Part shown: in pieces, positions 29,614 through 38,328 of the stretch | How the letters are laid out: every line of letters begins with the position of its first letter | Numbering within the stretch: position 1 is the first letter of the stretch | From: Candidatus Palauibacter sp. | GTDB taxonomy: Bacteria; Gemmatimonadota; Gemmatimonadetes; Palauibacterales; Palauibacteraceae | Assembly: GCF_965197445.1 (NCBI RefSeq) | Contig: NZ_CBDANE010000004.1 | Location: forward strand, 263,208 to 327,207 | Length of the DNA stretch: 64,000 nt | Direction: 5' to 3' | The notes under the pieces: generated by a model | What the model was told of the DNA's origin: nothing | Database searches by the model: none | Seen by the model: the letters and a program-made list of their open reading frames with translations, nothing else | Translations under genes and position numbers: made by a program

Positions 29614-30810
29614 TTGAAGCGCGTCGCCATCCTCGGCGCCACCGGGTCCGTGGGTGAGGCGACCCTCCGGGTCATACGTCGTCACACGGACCGCTTCCGG
29701 GTCGGGGTTCTGACCGCGAACCGCCGGTGGGAGGCTCTCGACGCGCTCGCGCTCGAATGGGATCCCGAGTTCGTCGTCCTGGGAACGGAGCCGCCGGACG
29801 GCTTCGCGCCTCGCTGGTCGGGAGAATGGCGAACCGGTCCGGGCGCGCTGGAGGGTGCGGCCAGGACTCGGGGCGTCGATCTCGTGCTCAACGCGCTCGT
29901 GGGGTTCGCCGGGCTCGGCCCCACTCTGGCAGCCCTCGGGGCGGGGAAGCGGCTGGCTCTGGCGAACAAGGAGTCTCTCGTGGCGGGGGGGAAACTCGTG
30001 GTCCGCGCACTCCGCGAGGGAGGGGGCGAGTTGCTGCCGGTCGACAGCGAGCACTCGGCGGTGCATCAGTGCCTCGACGGGCGCCCCGTGTCGGAGGTCG
30101 CGCGGATCACGCTGACCGCCTCGGGCGGTCCGTTTCGGACCTGGCCGGCGCCGAGGCTCGCCGAGGTCCGACCGGCGGATGCGCTGAGTCATCCCACATG
30201 GTCCATGGGATCCAAGATCACCATCGACTCCGCCACGCTTGCGAACAAGGCGCTGGAGGTCATCGAGGCCCATATACTGTTCGGCCTTCCATACGAGCGG
30301 ATCGACGTGGTCGTGCACCCGACGTCCATCATCCATTCCGTGGTGGAGTTTCACGACGGCTCCTCGCTCGCCCAGCTGGGCCGACCCTCGATGGAGATCC
30401 CCATCCTGTGGGCTCTTGGCTATCCGGAACGGCTGGAGGACCCGCGGGTGGAGCCCGGCTTCGATCCCCTGCGCGATGGGCCGCTGGAGTTCGAGCCCGT
30501 GCGCGAAGATGTGTTCCCGCTCTTCCGGGCGGGGGTCGCGGCGGGGAAGGCGGGAGGCGAGTTTCCCGTGGCCTTCAACGCGGCCAACGAAGTCGCCGTC
30601 GAGAGCTTTCTCTCTGGCCGCATCGGCTTCCAGGAACTCGCCGGGGTCGTGATCCGTACCCTGGAACAGTTCTCGTCGCGTCCCATCAGTTCCGTGGAGG
30701 ACGCGCGGCACGTTGACGCCCGGGCCCGCAGTGTGGCCCGCAAATCGGCGAGGGGAATGGGGTCCGGGGACGCAGAGCCGCGGACCGAAGAATCGGAGAC
30801 TACTGAGTGA
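29614..30810 (+). CDS. dxr: 1-deoxy-D-xylulose-5-phosphate reductoisomerase
   Basis: KRVAILGATGSVGEATL...LANKESLVAGG...DSEHSA...ASGGPFR. The likely TTG start at 29614 follows the cdsA stop. The ORF track extends the frame upstream to 29326. Confidence 0.9.
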   Translation: MKRVAILGATGSVGEATLRVIRRHTDRFRVGVLTANRRWEALDALALEWDPEFVVLGTEPPDGFAPRWSGEWRTGPGALEGAARTRGVDLVLNALVGFAGLGPTLAALGAGKRLALANKESLVAGGKLVVRALREGGGELLPVDSEHSAVHQCLDGRPVSEVARITLTASGGPFRTWPAPRLAEVRPADALSHPTWSMGSKITIDSATLANKALEVIEAHILFGLPYERIDVVVHPTSIIHSVVEFHDGSSLAQLGRPSMEIPILWALGYPERLEDPRVEPGFDPLRDGPLEFEPVREDVFPLFRAGVAAGKAGGEFPVAFNAANEVAVESFLSGRIGFQELAGVVIRTLEQFSSRPISSVEDARHVDARARSVARKSARGMGSGDAEPRTEESETTE

Positions 30811-31916
30811 TCATCACCATCCTGGTAACCGTCCTCGTCCTGGGCGTACTGATCTTCGTGCACGAACTGGGGCACTTCGCTGCGGCGAAGAGCGTCGGCA
30901 TCGACGTTCCGAGGTTCTCGATCGGTCTCGGTCCGAAGATGCTGGGCTTCCGGCGCGGAGAGACCGAGTACGTGCTCTCGTGGATCCCCCTCGGCGGCTA
31001 TGTGAAAATGGCCGGGATGGCCGACGAGGAAATCACCTCGAAGCTCGAGGGAGGTGGAGACGATCGGCCCGGGACGGCAGGACATCCAGTGCCGGGCAGC
31101 TCGCCACGCGATTTCGACGCGAAGCCATTCCCGGCGCGCGTGCTCGTGATCTCGGCGGGTGTGATCATGAACTGGCTCTTCGCCGTCGTGGCGTTCGCGG
31201 CGATTGCCATGGGTCGCGGGGTCCTCGAGCCGCGGATTGTAGAGGTCGAGGAGGGGTCGCCCGCTGCCGAGGCCGGTCTTCGGAGCGAGGATCTGATCAA
31301 GAGGGTGGACGGAGTGTCGGTCCGCGATCCGACCCAGGTGACCATGCGCATCGAACGCAGGGCCGGCGAGGCCGTCGACATCCTCGTCGACCGCGACGGG
31401 CAGGATCTCACCTTTGTCGCGACCCCGGACGCGGTCGAGCAGTACTCGGACATCACCGGCGAATCCAGAACCGTGGGGCGCATCGGCATTCGGATCGGCG
31501 CCGATGGCGGACGGGCGGGGCCCATCGAGGCGTTGGGTCGAGGCTGGTCCAACGCGGCCTACTGGGGAGGCGCGGTGGTCCAGTTCCTGGCCGATCTGGT
31601 CACGGGACGCAGCTCGGCGCGCGAAGTCGGCGGCCCGATCCTGATCGGGGAGATCTCCGGCCGCGCCGCGCGCGCCGGATTCTGGGAACTCCTCGGCTTC
31701 ATGGCGATCATCAGCATCAACCTCGCCGTCTTCAATCTGCTGCCGATCCCGGTGCTTGACGGGGGGCATCTCCTGTTCCTCGGGATCGAGGGCGTGCGCG
31801 GGAGGGCGCTGACCATCGAACAGCGCGTGCGGTTCACCACGGTGGGTATGGTCTTCGTGGTCGCGCTCATGCTGTGGGCCGTGGGTAACGACATCCTGAG
31901 GGTGGTCCTCAGGTAG
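30807..31916 (+). CDS. rseP: RIP metalloprotease RseP (site-2 protease, M50 family)
   Basis: HELGHFAAAK (HExxH), a PDZ domain, and C-terminal LLPIPVLDGGH. It is the canonical uppS-cdsA-dxr-rseP neighbour. Confidence 0.9.
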   Translation: MIITILVTVLVLGVLIFVHELGHFAAAKSVGIDVPRFSIGLGPKMLGFRRGETEYVLSWIPLGGYVKMAGMADEEITSKLEGGGDDRPGTAGHPVPGSSPRDFDAKPFPARVLVISAGVIMNWLFAVVAFAAIAMGRGVLEPRIVEVEEGSPAAEAGLRSEDLIKRVDGVSVRDPTQVTMRIERRAGEAVDILVDRDGQDLTFVATPDAVEQYSDITGESRTVGRIGIRIGADGGRAGPIEALGRGWSNAAYWGGAVVQFLADLVTGRSSAREVGGPILIGEISGRAARAGFWELLGFMAIISINLAVFNLLPIPVLDGGHLLFLGIEGVRGRALTIEQRVRFTTVGMVFVVALMLWAVGNDILRVVLR

Positions 31917-32763
31917 AGGCCTTCGGCCCGGGCCCCGTGAAGAGGGACAACTGCGCGCCGTCGGCCCGATCCCTCACGAGCTCCACCACGTTGTAGCGGG
32001 GGCTGGGGGCGTCCTGCCCGGCGGCTTCCAGGAGCCCGCGGAATTTCGATCGAGCGAGCCCGTCGGCGACCCGATCGAGCGCGAGATCCGGATCGTTACA
32101 TTCCTGACTCAGGTGGGCGAGCAGGATGCCGCCCAGCCCCGGGTGGGCCAGCTCGCGCGCGAAGTCCGCCGCATGGCGGTTCGACAGGTGCCCGCGGCTG
32201 CCCCCGATCCGCTGCTTCACCCGCCACGGATAGGAGGCTGCCCGGAGCCGGCGCTCGTCGTGGTTCGCTTCCAGGATGAGGAAGGCGCAGTCGCGAAGGG
32301 CGGCGCGGACGGGGGTGGTGGGTCTCCCGAGATCCGTAGCGATGCCGGCCCGCAGTCCGGTAGGCCGGTGGAGGACCGTGATCGCCACCGGCGCCGCCGC
32401 ATCGTGGTGGGTCGGCGCGGTCTCAATGGTGAGGTCACCGACATCGAGACCGAGGGGAGGCAGCTCCTCGCACGCCTCTCGCCCGCGCAGCAGCGGCCCA
32501 CACGCGGTGCGGGTCCGCGCGTTCATGGCGAGGCGCCAGCCCCAGCGGCGAGCGCCGATGCCGATCCCGGCCGAATGGTCCCGGTGCTCGTGCGTCAACA
32601 CGACCATATCGATGGCTTCGGGCTCCACGTCCAGGGTCTCCAGTCGACGCGCGAGCTGCACCCCGGAAAAACCGGCGTCGACCAGCACGCGGGCGTTCCC
32701 GGCTTCGACCAGGAACGCGTTGCCGCGGCTGCCCGTGCCGAGGGAGGCGACGGAGAAGGTCAC
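31909..32763 (-). CDS. MBL-fold metallo-hydrolase
   Basis: VTFSVASLGTGSRGNAFLVE...VLTHEHRDH (HxHxDH). I prefer the GTG start at 32763-32761, which overlaps the upstream stop. The ORF track's longer N-terminus (to 32925) looks non-native. Confidence 0.75.
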   Translation of the reverse strand: MTFSVASLGTGSRGNAFLVEAGNARVLVDAGFSGVQLARRLETLDVEPEAIDMVVLTHEHRDHSAGIGIGARRWGWRLAMNARTRTACGPLLRGREACEELPPLGLDVGDLTIETAPTHHDAAAPVAITVLHRPTGLRAGIATDLGRPTTPVRAALRDCAFLILEANHDERRLRAASYPWRVKQRIGGSRGHLSNRHAADFARELAHPGLGGILLAHLSQECNDPDLALDRVADGLARSKFRGLLEAAGQDAPSPRYNVVELVRDRADGAQLSLFTGPGPKAST

Positions 32764-33965
32764 GGCCCGCCGGCCTCGTTCCAGATGTCCCCGAGCCAGT
32801 CTCGAAACCGCGAGTCGGCCTCGATGCCGCGCCTCGCGGCGACGCGGACCGCGGTGGCGATGAAGTCGGCGCGGCGGACGCGCTCCAGCGTCCGGCCTCC
32901 TCCCCACGAGAACGGTTCGACCCATTTGGGCGGCATGTCCGCCCCGAACAGACTCGAGCCCGCACCAATGATTGTGCCGGTGTCGAGGCGCGTCCCGATC
33001 CCGGTCTTGACGTGATCGCCCAGCAGACAGCCGAACTTGACCAGCCGGGTGTCCGTCCGGGCGTCCGGCGGACCCACGCGGATCGATCCGTAGGTGTGCT
33101 TCAGGTCACTGTTCGTGGTCATCGCTCCCAGGTTGACCCAGCGCCCGAGATACGCATGCCCGAGGAATCCGTCATGGGGTTTGTTCGAGTATCCCAGCAC
33201 CGTGACGCTGTCGACCTCACCGCACACGAACGAGAACGGGCCTCCCGAGAAGCGGGAGATTGCGCCCCCGAGAAGTCTTGAGTGGGATCCCGCGTACAGA
33301 GGTCCGGCCAGGCGCGTGCCGGTCGCTATCTCGACCCGGGCACCGAGTTCAATCGGGCCTTCCCTTGTGTCGAAGAGCACACCCGGTTCCACCCGCACGT
33401 CTTCTCCGAACCGGATCGGGGCCTCGCCCAGCTGCCAGCAGCCGCCCGGCAGTTCCTGCACTCCCGTCGCGGGGGTCGCCGCCAGGTCCGCGGCCAGACG
33501 GCTGGGGCCGGCGGACACGAGGTCCCATGGATGGTGCAGCCAATCGCCGGGCACCGCGCGGTCGGCGAGTCCGGGCACGGGGTCGGGTGCGGCGAACCAG
33601 TCCGGTCGCGGCGGAGGCGCGCCGGCGGCAAGGTTGACGCCCGCCAGCCGTCCGGCGACCCAGAGGTTGGCGGGCGCTGGGTCCCACGCCGCGTCGAGCG
33701 CCGGAACAGCCCGTGAACTCCAGTAGCTACAGGCGTCGGGCAATCCGTCGAGTCCGCCGGGATCGAGGGCCGGGGGCGCCCCGGCCTCTACGAACCGGGA
33801 CAGCCAGGGGCGGGTCACGTGGCCCGCCAAACGTGTGCCGGCGAGCCGCTCCAGCCGCTCCCGCAAGGTCCAGCGCCCGTGGAGGAGTTCGCCGCACGGT
33901 CGGGTGAGTGAGAAAGGAGCCCAGCCGTCGGCCTGCGAGTCGTCGAACAGGAAGAGCGCGGTCAC
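32760..33965 (-). CDS. putative sugar nucleotidyltransferase / acyltransferase with a left-handed beta-helix (GlmU-like)
   Basis: 401 aa. The N-terminal half is nucleotidyltransferase-like. The C-terminal half has hexapeptide-repeat character (VKTGIGTRLDTGTIIGAGSSLFG). It is coupled to the manC-like gene upstream. Confidence 0.65.
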   Translation of the reverse strand: MTALFLFDDSQADGWAPFSLTRPCGELLHGRWTLRERLERLAGTRLAGHVTRPWLSRFVEAGAPPALDPGGLDGLPDACSYWSSRAVPALDAAWDPAPANLWVAGRLAGVNLAAGAPPPRPDWFAAPDPVPGLADRAVPGDWLHHPWDLVSAGPSRLAADLAATPATGVQELPGGCWQLGEAPIRFGEDVRVEPGVLFDTREGPIELGARVEIATGTRLAGPLYAGSHSRLLGGAISRFSGGPFSFVCGEVDSVTVLGYSNKPHDGFLGHAYLGRWVNLGAMTTNSDLKHTYGSIRVGPPDARTDTRLVKFGCLLGDHVKTGIGTRLDTGTIIGAGSSLFGADMPPKWVEPFSWGGGRTLERVRRADFIATAVRVAARRGIEADSRFRDWLGDIWNEAGGP

Positions 33966-35011
33966 GGCTCCCGGTCGTCAGGAGGCTCGCCGGCCTCGTC
34001 AATCTGCCGCAGGTGGCTGTCGAGGCGCGCGGCTTCCTCCCGAGGCATCACGAGCAACTCGCCGTTCGCCTCCGCGATCACGAGGTCGGAGACGCCGATG
34101 ACCGTCGCCCGGCGCGTCTCCGTCCACACCACGTTGCCGGTCGCATCGAGCAGACGCGCGGAACCGACGACCGAGTTGCCCGCTTCGTCCGTGCCGCGCC
34201 CGCGGGGAAGGGCGCCCCAGACGCCCAGGTCATCCCACGCGAAGTTCGCCTCGACCGTCGCCACGCGATCCGCCCGTTCCATGACACACACATCGATGGA
34301 GACGGGCTCGGCGCGTTCGAAGAAGGTCCGCTCGTCCCCGCGTTCCAGAGCCGGCCAGCCTGCCGTCAGTTCACGCGCCTGACTGCGGGCCACCTCGAGC
34401 AGATCGGCCGCTCGCCAGACGAAGATCCCGGAGTTCCAGAGGGATTGCCCGGAGTCCAGATACGCCTCGGCCGTCGCGGCGTCGGGCTTCTCCACGAAGC
34501 GTGTGACTTCGCGCGCCCCCGCAGCAATCTCGCGTCCGGTCTCGACGTAGCCGAAACCGGTCTCGGGTCGGTCCGGGCGCACCCCGACGCAGCACAGGTA
34601 TCCGTCCCGGGCGGCTTCGAGGGCAGGTCCGAGCGTCTCGAACAGCCCCCTCGCCGGGGAGATCCGATGATCCGCGTGCATCGAGATCATCAGAGCTCCG
34701 GGATCGGCCCGCTCGATCTCGCTCGCGGCCCACACGAGCGCGGGCCCCGTTCCACGCGCTCGCGGCTCGATCAGGGTGTCGACCCCCGCAGCCTCCAGAC
34801 TCGACCGCATGAGGCGAGCCAACCGCGGGGGGGCGACGACGCGAACCCGGTCCGCCCCCACGAGTCCGACGGCGCGCGCCAGTGTCTCGTCGATCAGGGG
34901 AACGGGGCTCGCGAGGGGCAGGAACTGCTTGGGTCGGTCCGGGGTGGAGGCGGGCCAGAAGCGACGTCCGATCCCGCCCGCGAGGACCGCGCAATACGCC
35001 TTGAAGTGCAC
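33962..35011 (-). CDS. mannose-1-phosphate guanylyltransferase-like nucleotidyltransferase
   Basis: AVLAGGIGRRFWP...DRPKQFLPL (NTP_transferase G-loop) plus a C-terminal region. The start is probably the GTG giving VHFKAYCAVLAGG, near 35008-35011. My hand coordinates in this spot are uncertain by +/-1 nt. The ORF track extends to 35086. Confidence 0.75.
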   Translation of the reverse strand: MHFKAYCAVLAGGIGRRFWPASTPDRPKQFLPLASPVPLIDETLARAVGLVGADRVRVVAPPRLARLMRSSLEAAGVDTLIEPRARGTGPALVWAASEIERADPGALMISMHADHRISPARGLFETLGPALEAARDGYLCCVGVRPDRPETGFGYVETGREIAAGAREVTRFVEKPDAATAEAYLDSGQSLWNSGIFVWRAADLLEVARSQARELTAGWPALERGDERTFFERAEPVSIDVCVMERADRVATVEANFAWDDLGVWGALPRGRGTDEAGNSVVGSARLLDATGNVVWTETRRATVIGVSDLVIAEANGELLVMPREEAARLDSHLRQIDEAGEPPDDREP

Positions 35012-35171
35012 CGACAAGGCCTCCCTCCCATCCTCCGTACCGCCCCGTCTCGTGCGCCGGGAAACTCCCCGTCGCGGGTCGGCCACGACGCGGCCAAGCT
35101 ATGTTCGGGCCTTGCCCCGCGCCACGTCCGTTTTCTTGCCCGAGGCCCCGGCGAGCGCCAGTTTCCGCGCC

Positions 35172-35744
35172 ATGCTGCCCCGGAACCCCATCCTGCACGC
35201 CCGGCTCCTTGCCGCGCTGGTTTTCACGCTCGCCACGCTCGCCTGTGATGATCCGTTCGCGGCGTTCCTCGGCGACGTGCCGCTCGCGCCGACGGAAGTC
35301 ACGCTGTACGACTACGTGACCGCGCGTCTCGAGGATCCGCCCGCCTTTGACGTCGTGCTCGCGATTCCGGCACGGGTCGACCAGACGCTGAACTGGGATT
35401 TCCTGTTTCAGATCCGGGGCGGAGTACCGGAGCTGGTTCCTTTCTCCGCGGCCACGGACAGCGTGACCGACTCAGGTCTGCGGATCACGAGCGAGAGGTT
35501 CGAGGCCCTGCTCGAGGCGCCCGAGGACGGGTATACGCTGAACGCCCCGGTCACGGTCCGGGCCGGCGACGTCCTCATCGCCCGCAGCCGCGTCGATCCA
35601 ACCCAGTTCCTCGCCTGCAGCAGGTATGCCAAGCTCCACATCCTGGCCATCGATCCCGACGAGGGGACGATCACCTTCCGGCATCTTGCGAACCCGAACT
35701 GCGGCGACACGGTGCTCGAACCCGGACAACACGGCTCATTGTGA
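35172..35744 (+). CDS. hypothetical lipoprotein
   Basis: MLPRNPILHARLLAALVFTLATLAC: a signal peptide with an LATLAC lipobox. 190 aa. I recognise no family. Confidence 0.6.
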   Translation: MLPRNPILHARLLAALVFTLATLACDDPFAAFLGDVPLAPTEVTLYDYVTARLEDPPAFDVVLAIPARVDQTLNWDFLFQIRGGVPELVPFSAATDSVTDSGLRITSERFEALLEAPEDGYTLNAPVTVRAGDVLIARSRVDPTQFLACSRYAKLHILAIDPDEGTITFRHLANPNCGDTVLEPGQHGSL

Positions 35745-35779
35745 TGCCCGGCCCGTCAGGTCCCGGACCCGCGTAGACC

Positions 35780-37102
35780 ATGCTCGACCTCAAAGTGCTG
35801 CGCGATGATAGCGCGCGCGTGCTCGCCGCCATGCGACGCCGTGGCGACGAACGGGCCATGCGGCTCGTGGAGGAGACCCTGGGAGCCGACGAACTGCGCC
35901 GGCGCCTCATCCGCAGGGTGGAGGCCCTCAAGGCGGAGCGGAACGCGGCATCGAAGGCCATCGGAGAGGCGAAGAAGAGCGGCGAGGACGCGTCGGCTCA
36001 GATCGAGGCGATGCGCACCGTGGCCGGCCGGATCAAGGCCCTGGACGCCGATCTCGCGGGCGCGGAAACCGCCATTCGGGACAAGCTCCTGCAGATCCCC
36101 AACCTGCCCGACCCGCGCGTGCCACCGGGCGAAGAAGGGGAGGGACCGACGGTCGCGGCGTGGGGCGCCCCGCGAAAGGACGCTGTCCCTCCGCACTGGG
36201 TGCTCGGCGCGACCCACGGGTATCGGGATCCCGGCAGCGCCCGCCTTCCGGGAGGCCGGACACCGTCGCTGGACACTGAGCGCGGGGCGAAAATCGCGGG
36301 CACGGGCTTCCCCCTGCTCGTCGGAGGAGGGGCTCGCCTCAGCCGGGCACTCGTCCAGTTCATGCTGGACCTGCACGTCCGCGAGCACGGATATCTGGAG
36401 ATCCTGCCCCCGCTCCTCGTCTCGCGCGACTCGATGACGGGCACCGGACACATCCCGAAGTTCGAGGATGATGCCTATCGGACGGATCCCGACGACCTTT
36501 TTCTCGTGCCCACTGCCGAGGTTCCCCTCACGAACCTGCACCGGGGCGAGATCCTGGCGGACGAGGATCTGCCGCTCGCCTACACAGCCCACACCCCGTG
36601 CTTCAGGCGGGAAGCCGGCGCCGCGGGGCGCGACACCCGCGGGCTCCTGCGCGTGCATCAGTTCGACAAGGTGGAGATCGTCCGCATCTGTCGACCCGAG
36701 GAGTCGGAGGAGCAACTGGAGCTGCTTACCCGCCACGCCGAGCGCGTGCTCGAGCTCCTCGAGGTGCCCTACCGCCGCGTACTGCTTCCGCTGGCAGATC
36801 TCGGGTTCGCGAACTCGATCACCTACGATCTGGAGATCTGGGCCCCCGGCGTGGGAGCGTGGCTGGAGGTGTCGAGCTGTTCATCGTACGGGGCCTTTCA
36901 GGCGCGGCGAGCCGACATCCGGTTCCGGCCCCGCCCCGGCGCGCGCCCCGTGTATCCGCACACGCTCAACGGCTCGGCTCTTGCGGTAGCCCGGCTCCTC
37001 GTCGTCCTGCTTGAGACCGGCTTTCGCGAGGGCAAAGGGATTCTGCTGCCGGAGATCCTTCACCCCTACCTCGGTTTCCAGCGGCTTGAGCTCTGCCGGT
37101 GA
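35780..37102 (+). CDS. serS: seryl-tRNA synthetase
   Basis: N-terminal coiled-coil arm and class II core (FRREAGAAGRDTRGLLRVHQFDKVE...GSALAVARLLVVLLE). Confidence 0.92.
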   Translation: MLDLKVLRDDSARVLAAMRRRGDERAMRLVEETLGADELRRRLIRRVEALKAERNAASKAIGEAKKSGEDASAQIEAMRTVAGRIKALDADLAGAETAIRDKLLQIPNLPDPRVPPGEEGEGPTVAAWGAPRKDAVPPHWVLGATHGYRDPGSARLPGGRTPSLDTERGAKIAGTGFPLLVGGGARLSRALVQFMLDLHVREHGYLEILPPLLVSRDSMTGTGHIPKFEDDAYRTDPDDLFLVPTAEVPLTNLHRGEILADEDLPLAYTAHTPCFRREAGAAGRDTRGLLRVHQFDKVEIVRICRPEESEEQLELLTRHAERVLELLEVPYRRVLLPLADLGFANSITYDLEIWAPGVGAWLEVSSCSSYGAFQARRADIRFRPRPGARPVYPHTLNGSALAVARLLVVLLETGFREGKGILLPEILHPYLGFQRLELCR

Positions 37103-38328
37103 TCCGGCTCTGGAACCGGCGCGTCGGCGCCCTCCTGGTCGCGATCCTGTCCTCCGGCGTTCTGCTGTCGTTCGTCGTGTTTTCCAGACAGCAGGCAGAG
37201 GAGCGCCGGCTGGACGCGGCAGTCTTCGGGCAGTTGCGGGCCATCAGCATCGCGACCGCGGCCGGCAACCTCTCGGTGGAGGAGGTTAACGACCTCTGGA
37301 ACGCAGCCTCCGGCGAGGTCGTCATCCAGGTTACGCGACTAGAGATCCCCGTCGTGCTCACGGACACACTGGGAAACCCGACCAGTTCGGCGCACCTGCC
37401 GGAGGATTTTCCGCGGGGACCGACCGGCGAGGCCGACGAACAGGCACTGCGTGCCTTCGCCGCGGAACTTGATGAGATCCGGCCTCACCTCGAGGTGCCC
37501 GGACTCCGGATACACGTCGGCGATCCGGAGTTTCTGCGTCGCCTGAGATTGATTCCGTGGTTGCAGGCAGCTGCACTCCTGGTCGTCGTCGGCAGCGGCG
37601 TGTGGCTCCTCGTCACCTCCTTCAGGAGCGAACGGGAACGGATCTGGTCGGCCATGGCGCGGGAGTCGGCCCACCAGATGGGGACCCCCCTCAGCTCACT
37701 CGTCGGGTGGCTCGAAGTCCTTGAAGCGCGGCCGCGTCCCATGACCACGGAGGTGGGCCAACCCGACCTCATCGACGAGATGGCCGCTGATGTGAGCCGT
37801 CTGCAGAAGGTGTCCCGGAGGTTCGAACTCATCGGCCACAAGCCGAAGCTGCAACCGGTGTCGGTTCGTGCCACGGTCGTCCATCTCAGGCAGTACTTCG
37901 AGGCGCGCCTCCCGACACTCGCGCGTACGCGCAAGATCGATATCGAGGTGAGCATCGAGGCCGATGCCCCGAGAGTCCTCGGGAACGCGACCCTCCTGGA
38001 ATGGGCCTTCGAGAACCTGATCAAGAACGCCGTGGACGCGCTGGCCTCCGATGGCGGGCGGATCGTGATTTCCCATCTGGGGCCGAACGGCCGGCGGTCG
38101 GTCTATCGGGTCCGCGACACCGGACCCGGGATCCCCCCCGCGCTTCGCAACAAGATCTTCGACATCGGTGTCACGACGAAGGAGAGCGGCTGGGGCGTCG
38201 GGCTCTCGCTCGCCCGCCGCATCATCGAGGACATGCACGACGGCTCCATCAAGCTGGAAGATGCCCCGCGGGGCGCGAGCTTCCGGATCGAACTGCCCCG
38301 TCACCGGCCGCGGAAACCGGGCTCGTGA
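37099..38328 (+). CDS. sensor histidine kinase (two TM helices, periplasmic loop, HisKA, HATPase_c)
   Basis: H-box ESAHQMGTPLSSL, N-box NLIKNAVDA, G1 RDTGPGIPP, G2 GWGVGLSLARR. The ATGA overlap with serS and the GTGA overlap with pcrA suggest coupling. No response regulator is adjacent. Confidence 0.85.
   Translation: MIRLWNRRVGALLVAILSSGVLLSFVVFSRQQAEERRLDAAVFGQLRAISIATAAGNLSVEEVNDLWNAASGEVVIQVTRLEIPVVLTDTLGNPTSSAHLPEDFPRGPTGEADEQALRAFAAELDEIRPHLEVPGLRIHVGDPEFLRRLRLIPWLQAAALLVVVGSGVWLLVTSFRSERERIWSAMARESAHQMGTPLSSLVGWLEVLEARPRPMTTEVGQPDLIDEMAADVSRLQKVSRRFELIGHKPKLQPVSVRATVVHLRQYFEARLPTLARTRKIDIEVSIEADAPRVLGNATLLEWAFENLIKNAVDALASDGGRIVISHLGPNGRRSVYRVRDTGPGIPPALRNKIFDIGVTTKESGWGVGLSLARRIIEDMHDGSIKLEDAPRGASFRIELPRHRPRKPGS

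Noticed and set aside
34981-35086. Exact start coordinate of the manC-like gene
   Set aside because: My hand indexing of the GTGCAC at ~35005-35010 is out of frame by 1 nt with the ORF-track frame (33962-35086). I could not resolve whether this is my counting or a local ambiguity, so I report the start as ~35011 with +/-1 nt uncertainty rather than claiming a frameshift.
38001-38324. N-terminal 108 codons of the 875-aa ORF-track version of pcrA
   Set aside because: That segment overlaps the histidine-kinase 3' end in another frame and translates to Arg/Pro-rich nonsense. The helicase homology begins at the GTG at 38325 (VSGLRLNPEQREAVEH...).
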